In this document: piece by piece, positions 9,570 through 18,289 of the stretch
Layout: each line of letters starts with the position of its first letter
Numbering within the stretch: position 1 is the first letter of the stretch
NCBI GenBank assembly: GCA_023133275.1
Contig: JAGLWU010000020.1
Coordinates: 1-63,210, forward strand
Length of the DNA stretch: 63,210 nt
Direction of reading: 5' to 3'
Source: Candidatus Moraniibacteriota bacterium
GTDB taxonomy: Bacteria > Patescibacteriota > Minisyncoccia > Moranbacterales > GCA-2747515
The notes under the pieces: generated by a model
Databases searched by the model: none
What the model was told of the DNA's origin: nothing
What the model saw: the letters and a program-made list of their open reading frames with translations, nothing else
Made by a program: the position numbers and the translations under genes

Positions 9570-10508
9570 TTATTTAAAAAATTTTAATAAATCTTCATAA
9601 AACTCTTTTTGGTATTTCATTTCCTCTTTTTCCAGAATTAAACCCGGACGAGAATTCAGTTCAATCAACCAAATTTTATTATTATTATCAAACATAAAAT
9701 CTATTGCATAAAGTTTTTTATTTGCATCAATTTTATCTATTTCATCAATAATATTGTCAATAAAAATTTTAATATCATTATTTTTTAATAAATCTTCAAT
9801 CGGGATAACTTTTAAAGTTCCACCTTGGGAAATATTTGCAAGATAACTATTTTTTTTAGGAAAACGAGCAAATGAATAAAAAGGAGTTTTATTTCTAATA
9901 ATAACTCTAATGTCATGATAACTATTAACTAGATCATTTTTTATATTAGATGAATCAATAAACTCTTGTATTATAACAGGAAATTTAACTTTTTCTAAAT
10001 TATTTTTTAATAATTTTTTTTCTGTTACAAAAATACCTTCACCGCCAGACAATGATAAAGGTTTAATAATAATTTTTTGTGTTTTTAATTCATTAATTTT
10101 TTCTAAATCACTTTTTTTATTTAATGTAACAGATTTTGGAGAAAGATTTTTGAATTGTTGATAAGTTAAGTCTTTATCACTCATCAACTTACTTAATTTA
10201 AGACTATTATAAAAAGTGTAGCTTTTTTCGATAAGCTCTCTAATTTTTATTTTTTTAATAGATAGGCTATAGCTAGATTTGTCATAAACAACATTTGGAC
10301 TTATGTTTTTTTTCCATATCCATTTTCTATTTTCAAAAAATTGAGCTTTTTTAAAAATATTTTTTTCTTCATCATAAAAAGAAATAGAAGATCGACATAA
10401 TTTAATTTTATTTTTTTTAAAATAAGAATAAAGTGGTTCATAACCCATTTTGCCACTTTGAGGTGATTTTGTAGAGTTTCCGCTAAATAAAATTAATATT
10501 GTTTTCAT
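9570..10508 (-). CDS. ATP-grasp ligase, YheC/YheD- or TTL-like (paralogue of 8627-9565)
   Basis: KIIIKPLSLSGGEGIFV, VIIQEFID, HDIRVIIRN, SQGGTLK, YAIDFMFDNNNKIWLIELNSRPG. There is a 4-nt gap to the next gene. Confidence 0.65.
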   Translation of the reverse strand: MKTILILFSGNSTKSPQSGKMGYEPLYSYFKKNKIKLCRSSISFYDEEKNIFKKAQFFENRKWIWKKNISPNVVYDKSSYSLSIKKIKIRELIEKSYTFYNSLKLSKLMSDKDLTYQQFKNLSPKSVTLNKKSDLEKINELKTQKIIIKPLSLSGGEGIFVTEKKLLKNNLEKVKFPVIIQEFIDSSNIKNDLVNSYHDIRVIIRNKTPFYSFARFPKKNSYLANISQGGTLKVIPIEDLLKNNDIKIFIDNIIDEIDKIDANKKLYAIDFMFDNNNKIWLIELNSRPGLILEKEEMKYQKEFYEDLLKFFK

Positions 10509-10549
10509 ATATATTTTTATTATTAAAATTTGAAAATATTTGTAAAAGT

Positions 10550-11959
10550 TTATTTACTAATATCAATTAAAAAATTCGACAAATCCCTTTTGCCAACAAT
10601 CATCCCATATTTCAAATCACCCCGATCAACAATATTCACCCTAGCAATAACAACCTTCTTATCCATAACAAACCTAACCTTAACAACAGGACGAATAGAA
10701 GAACCACTAGAAGAAAAAACAACTGCCACATTATCCAAATCAGGAATCAAATCTTTATATTTCAATAAAAAATCTTTCTTAATCAAAGATTCTTTTTCAG
10801 GTTTTAAATCAAATTCAGATAAATCAATTTTATCAAATTCCTCCAAAGTCTTCCCAAATCCCAAATCAATCGCAATTTTCCGATCAATTGAACTAGAATA
10901 AGCACCCGTATCTATTTTAGCCTCAATTACCACTTCTTGTCCAGCCTTTCCAATCAATTTAACCTTTTCCACCGAACCAATCACACGCTTACCAGAAGTA
11001 CTTTCCAGTTCCTCCTCAATCTCACCACCAAACAAATTTTTACCAACAGCCACTCCTCGAGCAATGCTTTTAATTTTCAAACCAGCCACTCGTTCCAATC
11101 TCTTTTTTAATCCAGTCATATTGGCAACTTGAATAGATAAACCCGGTCGGGCATTTAATTCAAAAAAAACAGGTCCAAGATTTTTATCAACAGCAATGTC
11201 AGATCCTAAAAATCCTAGTTTAGAAACGACTTGAGCTTTTACTGCCAAAGTTAAAATTTCATTCCAATAAGGAATTTTAATACCTGACAACATCAATCTT
11301 GATTTAGGAACATATTCAACAATTTTTCCTTTTCCCTGAACGGCAGTCGTTGTAACACCTTTTGCCATATCAATTCCAATCCCAATCCCGCCTTGTTGCA
11401 AATTAGCTTTGCCGCCAGACTCTCTGGTGGGAATACGGAGCATTGCCATCACAGGAACTTTATTATAAACAATTACTCGAATGTCAGGTATTCCTTTATA
11501 AGCGTACGGTTTAAAATCTTTTATAATTTGCAATCTTTCTTCAAAAAAGGCAATGTCAGGACTGTTGGAAATTGAAAAACCGCCATCGAGAATATTGCGA
11601 ATGTGATCAGTTAAATCCTGTACAGTTACAATTTTCCCATCAGCTTTTATCCATCGATCGTCAAAGCCTTTTTTTCTGGCGTAAACTACTAGAATTCCAG
11701 AACCACCTAATCCACTGTTCGGTTTTAAAACAAAACTTGGTGGTAAAATACTCCAATCAAAATTTTCCAAAGTTTTATGAGAGGAAATTTGGGCAATTAA
11801 TTTTGGAACGGGGATATTATTTTTTTTCAAAAGTTTTTTGGAACGGATTTTATCATCGGCCAGCCTTTTGGCTCCTTTGAGATTATTAGGTCGAATGTAG
11901 GTTAAATTTCGAGCATTCATTCCTAAAATATTTTTTCCAGCTTTGAGTATATTAAACAT
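10550..11959 (-). CDS. alpha-L-glutamate-ligase-related ATP-grasp fused to a C-terminal retropepsin-like (DUF785/RimB-type) domain
   Basis: N-terminal ILGMNARNLTYIRPNN...AKRLADDKIRSKKLL is typical of the RimK-related glutamate-ligase-like family. ATP-grasp core: FVLKPNSGLGGSGILV, PDIRVIVYN, LQQGGIG, VFFELNARPG. C-terminus: VIEAKIDTGAYSSSID, a D-T-G-A aspartyl motif. Confidence 0.75.
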   Translation of the reverse strand: MFNILKAGKNILGMNARNLTYIRPNNLKGAKRLADDKIRSKKLLKKNNIPVPKLIAQISSHKTLENFDWSILPPSFVLKPNSGLGGSGILVVYARKKGFDDRWIKADGKIVTVQDLTDHIRNILDGGFSISNSPDIAFFEERLQIIKDFKPYAYKGIPDIRVIVYNKVPVMAMLRIPTRESGGKANLQQGGIGIGIDMAKGVTTTAVQGKGKIVEYVPKSRLMLSGIKIPYWNEILTLAVKAQVVSKLGFLGSDIAVDKNLGPVFFELNARPGLSIQVANMTGLKKRLERVAGLKIKSIARGVAVGKNLFGGEIEEELESTSGKRVIGSVEKVKLIGKAGQEVVIEAKIDTGAYSSSIDRKIAIDLGFGKTLEEFDKIDLSEFDLKPEKESLIKKDFLLKYKDLIPDLDNVAVVFSSSGSSIRPVVKVRFVMDKKVVIARVNIVDRGDLKYGMIVGKRDLSNFLIDISK

Positions 11960-12072
11960 AATATTTAGATTTTTAGTATTTTAGACAATTAGACTCGTAG
12001 AAACGTAGTACTGCTACGTTTCAAATTTCAATTAGAAATTTATAAATTAATATTTTTCAAAAAGTACAGCCA

Positions 12073-12241
12073 GTCATTCTGAACGGATTTATTTTTTCTA
12101 ACAAAAAAATAAAGGAATAAAAAATCTCAATAAGTTTTTCTGATATTTTCACTTTACTAATTTCAAAGTTTAATATTTTTCCGCAGGGGATTCTTCACTT
12201 CATAAATTTTTTTACAAAAAATTTATTATGTTCAGAATGAC
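12073..12241. repeat. 169-bp palindromic (MITE-like) unit with inverted ends GTCATTCTGAACGG / (C)ATGTTCAGAATGAC
   Basis: The ends and inner segments (AAAGGAATAAAAAATCTC vs GGGGATTCTTCACTTC) are mutually complementary. A second full copy lies at 32442-32604, with half copies at 20436-20492 and 46922-46984. Confidence 0.75.
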
Positions 12242-12291
12242 AGTAAACTTTCAGAATTTCAACAAGGGGTCATGACCCCTTGTTTCAGAAA

Positions 12292-12309
12292 AGCCCGTGC
12301 GGCGAGCAC
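12292..12309 (+). repeat. GC-box repeat, exact
   Basis: AGCCCGTGCGGCGAGCAC, preceded by the 24-bp perfect palindrome at 12261-12284. Confidence 0.9.
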
Positions 12310-12447
12310 AAAAAAATTTTTTGAAAATAATTTAAAACTTAAAACTTAATTAAACTTTTAGATTCAATCTACAAAATTAAACTAATTAATTATTTAAAAA
12401 TTAAAATTTCAATCAAAATTCAAAATTTGTAATTCAAAATTTTCAAA

Positions 12448-13152
12448 CTATTCTTTTATTCTTTTCAACACTTCGCGAAAACGAAAATATTCATTTAATC
12501 TTAATCCAGTCCATTTACCAATAAAAACGTTAAAAGGCAAAATTAGTAAAATTACGAATGGATAAGCTAATACAAAACTTATAATATTGTGTCCAACAGA
12601 TGTTCGGTAGCTCATTAAAATGTATCCGACCAAAGCAATAATCAAAGTTTCTAAAGCTAAAATTGAAGCGGTTTTTGTTCCTTTTTCGATTTGAACGGCG
12701 ACAAATTTTTCTACCAAAGTGATTATGATTAAAATAGCAAATATTGAAGCGGAGGCAAATCCTGTGCGATTGAAATGTCCTGCGACGGCCAATAAAATAA
12801 GTGTGGTGAATGATACGACGGTTATCATTATTGCTACTCTAGGTAAATAAAGAAGACGCATTTTTTTCAAAACATAACGCATGAGCATTCCTGTTGCTAA
12901 AACAATTACATAAATTGCAATGGCATATTTCAAATCCCAAAAATTATTTTCCGCAATTTTAATAAAAGAGACAGTAATAATTGTTGGCGTGTAAACTCCA
13001 AAAGCTTTAATTCCAAGGACTTGTCTTAAAATAACCACGATAGTAGCAATTAATGGAAAGAGAAGTAATAAAATAACAGTGTTTAAAGGTACTCCTGATT
13101 GGATAAAAAAAAGATTGATCCAAGGATGGATGTTAGTGAATAAATTTTCCAT
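12448..13152 (-). CDS. 7-TM membrane protein (7TM_transglut / CapC-PgsC-like)
   Basis: Seven hydrophobic helices. LGIKAFGVYTPTIITVSF resembles the G..P.G..VPG helix of PgsC/CapC-type proteins. The C-terminal GKWTGLRLNEYFRFREVL tail is typical of the 7TM module that accompanies RimK-related ligases. Confidence 0.55.
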   Translation of the reverse strand: MENLFTNIHPWINLFFIQSGVPLNTVILLLLFPLIATIVVILRQVLGIKAFGVYTPTIITVSFIKIAENNFWDLKYAIAIYVIVLATGMLMRYVLKKMRLLYLPRVAIMITVVSFTTLILLAVAGHFNRTGFASASIFAILIIITLVEKFVAVQIEKGTKTASILALETLIIALVGYILMSYRTSVGHNIISFVLAYPFVILLILPFNVFIGKWTGLRLNEYFRFREVLKRIKE

Positions 13153-13163
13153 TGTGAATTTTT

Positions 13164-13673
13164 TTATGAATTAAGTTTCTGTTGGTAAAGACGTGAATTT
13201 AAATGACAAAAGCTAACCGCTAAAGCGTCGGCAGCATCATCTGGTTTCGGAATCTCTTTTAATTTTAGCACATTTTTTATCATTAATTGCATTTGTTTTT
13301 TGTCAGCTCTTCCGTATCCGGTCAAGGCTTGTTTTATTTGTAGAGGTGTATATTCGCCGATTGGTAATTTTTTGTTTTTGCAAATATATAATATTACACC
13401 TCGAGCTTGAGCAACTGTGATGACTGTTTTTTTGTTTTTAAAATAAAATAATTCTTCAACAGCAACTTCATCAGGTTTGTATTCTTTGATTAATTCTTTT
13501 AAATCTTCGCCGATTAAATTTAAACGTTCAGGATTTGGTAAATCAGCAGAAGTGGTTATTTGTCCGTAATCGATTGTTTTTATTTCTTTAGAATTGTCTT
13601 GTTGTTCTAAAATTCCCCAACCAACGATTGCGGTCCCTGGGTCAATTCCAAGAACTTTGATTTTGTTTTTCAT
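13164..13673 (-). CDS. ruvC: crossover junction endodeoxyribonuclease RuvC
   Basis: VLGIDPGTAIVGWGIL, VAVEELFYFKN, ADKKQMQ, DDAADALAVSFCH. Confidence 0.9.
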   Translation of the reverse strand: MKNKIKVLGIDPGTAIVGWGILEQQDNSKEIKTIDYGQITTSADLPNPERLNLIGEDLKELIKEYKPDEVAVEELFYFKNKKTVITVAQARGVILYICKNKKLPIGEYTPLQIKQALTGYGRADKKQMQLMIKNVLKLKEIPKPDDAADALAVSFCHLNSRLYQQKLNS

Positions 13674-13692
13674 ATTTTCGAAAAATTAAATT

Positions 13693-13710
13693 GTGCTCGC
13701 CGCACGGGCT
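13693..13710 (-). repeat. GC-box repeat, exact (reverse orientation)
   Basis: GTGCTCGCCGCACGGGCT, 20 nt upstream of the ruvC start codon. Confidence 0.9.
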
Positions 13711-13714
13711 TTTT

Positions 13715-13734
13715 GGGTTTAAAATTTTAAACCC
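13715..13734. repeat. perfect 20-bp palindrome GGGTTTAAAATTTTAAACCC followed by CTACAA
   Basis: Same position relative to the GC box as GGGTTTGCCAGTGGCAAACCC at 41843-41863 and GGGTTTGCCAGTAGCAAACCC at 54595-54615. A reverse copy lies at 32644-32667. Confidence 0.85.
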
Positions 13735-14051
13735 CTACAAATTTTTAAATCCTCCAGTTTTATCATTCAGACATGTCATTCCGGAAAATTTTTTATTTTT
13801 GAAAAAAATCAAAAATTTATCCGGAATCTTAAACTTTAATATTTAAGAAAACATTAAGTACAATGTTCTTCCGAGATCCTTATAAAAAATGAAATAATTT
13901 TTCAGGATGACAAGACAGAGAGGATCTGCACTCAGCTTGATTGGGTGATGACACATAATAGATTTGTGATAATTTTTATTTAGAACGACAAACTTTTCTC
14001 TTCTCTTTTTTCAAAAAGTCTAGTTTTCTAATCATCTAATGAGTTAATTAT

Positions 14052-14786
14052 CTATTCCACGTTGTCAAAAATTTCTTGAACATCATCTTGACTGTCGATG
14101 ATCTCAAAAAGTTTATTATACTCCATTTTTGTCTCTTTGTCAATGATAATCGGTTGTTTTGAAATATAATTTATTTTTAAATCTTTGACTTGAAAACCAT
14201 CTTTCTCAAGCTTTTTATAGACTTTTTGCACATTAATTTTTTCAGTAATTACAAGTATTTCTTTTTCACTGACTTTTTCTAAATCTTTTGCACCTGCTTC
14301 GATTATAGCTAATTCAATAAAATCAAAATTATCGGATTTTTCAGTTTCTAAAATGAATTGTCCGACTTCTTCGAACTGAAAACTGACGCTTCCGTTGGGT
14401 ACAAATTTTCCACTATTTTTTTTCAACAAAGATTTTATTTCGCTGACTGTTCTGTTTATATTATCAGTGGCACAGAGAATCATCATGGCGATCATTTCGT
14501 CGGTGTTGGTGGGGAAGTAGGCTTCATAAAATACTTCCTCGATTTTTCCTTCACCGCTTTGTCCCAATCCTCTTTTTATTGCTCGGTTGATGTTGTCTTT
14601 TGGCATATTGGCTTTTTTGGCTTGTTCGATGGCGATTTTTAAGGTGGAGTTTTTTTCGATGTCATTGCCTCCGCTTTGGACGGAAATTATGATTGCTTTG
14701 GCGAGGCGGGAGAATATTTTTGAGCGTTTGGAGTCTTGGGCTTCTTTGCGGTGTTTGATTCCTGACCATTTATTGTGTCCTGACAT
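14052..14786 (-). CDS. yebC: YebC/PmpR-family transcriptional regulator
   Basis: MSGHNKWSGIKHRKEAQDSKRSKIFSRLAKAI, NMPKDNINRAIKRG. Confidence 0.9.
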   Translation of the reverse strand: MSGHNKWSGIKHRKEAQDSKRSKIFSRLAKAIIISVQSGGNDIEKNSTLKIAIEQAKKANMPKDNINRAIKRGLGQSGEGKIEEVFYEAYFPTNTDEMIAMMILCATDNINRTVSEIKSLLKKNSGKFVPNGSVSFQFEEVGQFILETEKSDNFDFIELAIIEAGAKDLEKVSEKEILVITEKINVQKVYKKLEKDGFQVKDLKINYISKQPIIIDKETKMEYNKLFEIIDSQDDVQEIFDNVE

Positions 14787-14931
14787 GTGATTTATTTTTA
14801 AGTGATTATTTGTATTTATATTGTAGTGATTTTTTTTGATTTTGTCATCTTTTTAAATTAGTAACTGGTAATTAGTAACTTGTAACTGGCTTTTTAAGAA
14901 TTTGGTATTTTGAATTTAAAAAAATTTTCAC

Positions 14932-14960
14932 TTGACTTCTTTTTATTCTTCTGATAAATT
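14932..14960 (+). promoter_or_regulatory. sigma70-like promoter TTGACT-17-TAAATT
   Basis: TTGACT at 14932-14937, a 17-nt spacer, TAAATT at 14955-14960. Lies upstream of two small plus-strand ORFs. Confidence 0.4.
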
Positions 14961-15024
14961 GTAATTTCTCTACTAATGGAGCGGTGGAGAAATTTTGAAA
15001 TAGTTCCAAAGGAGAAAAATTGCC

Positions 15025-15147
15025 ATGAGTAAGGAAGAAAAAATAGAGCAATATAAGAAAGATCTAGTTGCTTTGTTTGAGAAAAACGGATATTGGCCAC
15101 AAAGACTGATGAATAATTACGGTTTATCTGTAGAAGAGATTCTGTAG
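15025..15147 (+). CDS. possible 40-aa small protein
   Basis: ATG preceded by AAAGGAGAAAAATTGCC (Shine-Dalgarno). Encodes MSKEEKIEQYKKDLVALFEKNGYWPQRLMNNYGLSVEEIL and is followed by the hairpin GGAGGTcggagcacCACCTCC. It is below the ORF-track size cutoff. Confidence 0.3.
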   Translation: MSKEEKIEQYKKDLVALFEKNGYWPQRLMNNYGLSVEEIL

Positions 15148-15267
15148 ATAAGGAAGGAGGTCGGAGCACCACCTCCTGAGGAAATGTCGTAGTTTTATAT
15201 AGTTTTTGGTGGAAGCTCGAAGTTTTGAACTTCTTACTTTATTAATTTAACTTTGAGGGTATAGAAA

Positions 15268-15510
15268 ATGGCAGTAGTAATTGTAAAAAATTTTGAAGGT
15301 ACTTGTCCATGCGGAGTGATGCTCGAAGTTCATTTAACCAGAAATGAAAAAGGCGACTTTACTAATGGTGATAATAGCTTAATTTGTAGCAGTTGTAGTA
15401 CTGTGTTTAAGGTTGTTATTACTAATCCCAGTGGTGATTTTGGTGTTAAAAACATGAAGTGTACTGTTAGTAGGACGGTAACGTTGAATAAACCACTGAT
15501 CCAAGGTTAA
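15268..15510 (+). CDS. small zinc-ribbon-like protein (80 aa)
   Basis: CPCG ... CSSC cysteine pairs, with GAGGG 8 nt upstream of the ATG. Confidence 0.4.
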   Translation: MAVVIVKNFEGTCPCGVMLEVHLTRNEKGDFTNGDNSLICSSCSTVFKVVITNPSGDFGVKNMKCTVSRTVTLNKPLIQG

Positions 15511-15562
15511 TATATTTAGTGGGAACTTATATTGCATTGTGAGAACTCGCTTTATTTTTTAT

Positions 15563-18289
15563 TTAAACAAATTTTACAATTCCAAAATCAATTTTAGTAA
15601 AAGTAAAATTTCTATTTTCTATAAATATAAAAGCGAGAGCTTTATTTTTAAACCAAGCTAAATAATTTTCTTTAAAAACATTAGCTAAAGTATTTTTAAT
15701 ATTTTCAAAAGGCAAAAAATTTTTATTTAACAACAAATTAATCTTTTCCAAAAAATTACCAAACGAGTTTTTACTTTTTATAGAAATCTCTTTTTTATTA
15801 TCAATATTTTTATTTTTATTCACTAAATTCATAGCAACCGATTGCATAAATAATTCATCTTGAAAACCTTTTTCATTCGCCAAGGCTTGAGCAATTATTT
15901 TTTGCACTTCAGGATCATTCAAATCATTTTCACCGCCATTTAAAATCCATTGCCATTCGCTATTTATTTTTTCGTAAGATTCATCATTTTTAATCTTTTC
16001 TTTTTCGTAAGAAACTTTATCAATCACTTTTCCATCAGGTTGTCGCAACTCGATAAAACCTTTTTTGTTCGGCAGGGAAATGGCGGAATATTCTCGAGTG
16101 ATTTTTTCGCTTTTTCCTTTTCCTATTTTTAAACTTTTTTTGATTGGATGATTGGTTAATTTATCTTTTTTCGATCCAGTGGCAATGCTCCAGCCCTCCA
16201 AATTTATTTTTTCTTTTGATTTATTTTCAATAACTAAATATTCATTTCCGCTATCTTTTCCTTTTGGATTTGGAACGATTTTTATAATTTCAATTTTGTA
16301 TTTTGGATATTTTTTCACTTCAATGGTAAAATTTTTCATAACTTCTTCACTCCCGTCTTGAACATGCAAACTTCCGTGATAAATTCCAGTTTCTATATAT
16401 TTATGTTTAGTTTCGGCTTTGTAACTTTTTCGTCCATCGCCGAAATCCCAACGAATTTTCAATTCTTCGTCGTCAATGTCAAAAACTTCTACTTTAAAAT
16501 TGGCATAAGTATTTTTGTAACTATTTTCATCAACGGAAAACTTTTTGATTTCTGGTAAATTGTTAAATTTATTTTTTGCGTTCGGTGTTAAAAATTTGCT
16601 CCACCGCCAATTTTTTTCATCTAAATTAAAATTATAAGAAATATTTTCTCTGGCACTTTTGTAACTTATTTCTGATTTTATTTTTTGATTGGGGGCGGTT
16701 AAAGTTACGGTTTCGCCACCAGAATTATTTAAAGCGAAATCAAAAGTTTTTCGATAAATTGTGAAATATGAATTAGCTGAAATTTTTTGATTTTCTGTAA
16801 AAGTATAATTTCCAGTTTTTGAGGAATCTTTTATCATCCAGTTTTCTAAATTAATTTCAAAATTATTTGGATTATAAATTTCGATAAATTCATCAGTTTT
16901 TTCTTCGCCAATTGGATTGGGTAAAATTTCGGAAAGTTGTAAGTCAGGATGTTTTTTAGTCAAAGGATTTTCATTATTTTTTTCGTTCGGCGTTGGCTCG
17001 GCAGAATAATTTTTTGACTTATCAAAATTCATCGAGAAACTCTCAATTGGATTTTCGTAAGTAAAAATTGTTTCAATGTTCGGATTTGGTGTTTTTAAAT
17101 AAATTGTGTCAGTATCATTATTTAACGAAAAGGAAAAATCTTTTTTCTGGTATAAAATTAAATATTCAAAAGGTTTTATTTCGATATTTTCTAAAACTTT
17201 TTTTGTGGATGAATTGTCTTTTAAAATCCAACCAGTTAAATCTACGGTTTCATCGTTGGGATTATAGAGTTCGATAAATTCGTTTTCAGTGTCAGTTCCG
17301 TTTGGATTTGGTAAAACTTCATTGATAATTATTTTGGGATATTTTTTTGTAGTTGGGTTTTCTGTGTTTTTATCGTTTGGTGTTGGAGTTGCTTCGTACC
17401 AGTTGTTTTTATCGTAATTCCAAGAAATGCCTTTTGTTGAAGTCGTATAACTTTTTTCTAAGAATATTTTTTCATTTGGAGCGATTAAATAAACTGTTTC
17501 ACCGCCAGAATTATTTAAAGCAAAAGAAAAATCATCACCTTTTGAAAAAGCAATTTTTTTTCCAGATTTTATTTTTACATTATTGAATTTTAATTTACTC
17601 TTAGTTTCATCTTTTAAAATCCAATTTGTTAAATCAATTTCTTTATCTCCATAATTATAAAGTTCTATAAATTCAGAATCGCCATCATTCGGATTTGCTA
17701 AAATTTCATTAATTCTAATTTTAGTTTCAGAGTAATCTTTTTTTTCAGGATTGTCATTATTTTTTTCGTTCGGCGTTGGAGTTTCTTCGTACCAATTATT
17801 TTTATCATAATTCCAAGATTGACCGCTAGTAGCAGAAGTGTATTTAAATTGAGATATTATATCTTTATTATCATCGTCATGATTATAATATAAAATTATT
17901 TCAGCTCCTGAATTTATAAGATTAGAAGGGTTGATTAATATATATTTATCCTCAATTTCGAAATCATTTAAACTCCAAATATTTGAAGGGTTATCTTTTA
18001 ATAATTTTCTATAACTTAATTTTAAATTTGTTAAATCAATTTTACTTTCAATGTAAATCTCAATAAATTCATTTCCAGAATCTTTGCCGTCGGGATTTGG
18101 CAAAATTTCATTAATTCTAATTTTAGTTTCAGAATAATCAATTTCTTTTTCAGCAGAAACTTTTATCGAAAAATAATTTGTGTTAAATAAAAGCAAATAA
18201 AAAATAAAACAAAGCGAAAACATCCTTTTGAAAGAATGTTTTTTGAAATTTATATTTTTGTTTCTAGAATTATTTTTGCGTTTGACCAT
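15563..18289 (-). CDS. secreted protein with five lamin-tail domains (LTD) and a PKD domain
   Basis: An IRINEILPNP.G.D..NEFIE(I/L)YN....(I/V)DL..W.(I/L)KD unit recurs five times. PKD-like segment: IRWDFGDGRKSYKAETKHKYIETGIYHGSLHVQDGS. N-terminal signal/TM present. The start may instead be the internal Met (MFSLCFIF). Confidence 0.8.
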   Translation of the reverse strand: MVKRKNNSRNKNINFKKHSFKRMFSLCFIFYLLLFNTNYFSIKVSAEKEIDYSETKIRINEILPNPDGKDSGNEFIEIYIESKIDLTNLKLSYRKLLKDNPSNIWSLNDFEIEDKYILINPSNLINSGAEIILYYNHDDDNKDIISQFKYTSATSGQSWNYDKNNWYEETPTPNEKNNDNPEKKDYSETKIRINEILANPNDGDSEFIELYNYGDKEIDLTNWILKDETKSKLKFNNVKIKSGKKIAFSKGDDFSFALNNSGGETVYLIAPNEKIFLEKSYTTSTKGISWNYDKNNWYEATPTPNDKNTENPTTKKYPKIIINEVLPNPNGTDTENEFIELYNPNDETVDLTGWILKDNSSTKKVLENIEIKPFEYLILYQKKDFSFSLNNDTDTIYLKTPNPNIETIFTYENPIESFSMNFDKSKNYSAEPTPNEKNNENPLTKKHPDLQLSEILPNPIGEEKTDEFIEIYNPNNFEINLENWMIKDSSKTGNYTFTENQKISANSYFTIYRKTFDFALNNSGGETVTLTAPNQKIKSEISYKSARENISYNFNLDEKNWRWSKFLTPNAKNKFNNLPEIKKFSVDENSYKNTYANFKVEVFDIDDEELKIRWDFGDGRKSYKAETKHKYIETGIYHGSLHVQDGSEEVMKNFTIEVKKYPKYKIEIIKIVPNPKGKDSGNEYLVIENKSKEKINLEGWSIATGSKKDKLTNHPIKKSLKIGKGKSEKITREYSAISLPNKKGFIELRQPDGKVIDKVSYEKEKIKNDESYEKINSEWQWILNGGENDLNDPEVQKIIAQALANEKGFQDELFMQSVAMNLVNKNKNIDNKKEISIKSKNSFGNFLEKINLLLNKNFLPFENIKNTLANVFKENYLAWFKNKALAFIFIENRNFTFTKIDFGIVKFV

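Larger units (their letters stand above)
11961..12309 (+). repeat. composite intergenic element, copy A1 (TAGA array + GTAG hairpin + 169-bp palindromic unit + palindrome + GC box)
   Basis: Aligns module for module with 32341-32678. Shared segments include TTAGACAATTAGAC.CGTAGAAACGTAG..., GTCAT.CTGAACGGATTTATTTTTTC..., CCGCAGGGGATTCTTCACT... and GTTCA.AATGACAG. Confidence 0.85.

Noticed and set aside
14894-15172. 92-aa minus-strand ORF
   Set aside because: It overlaps the promoter and the Shine-Dalgarno-preceded 40-codon plus-strand ORF. It has no ribosome-binding site and its sequence is low-complexity.
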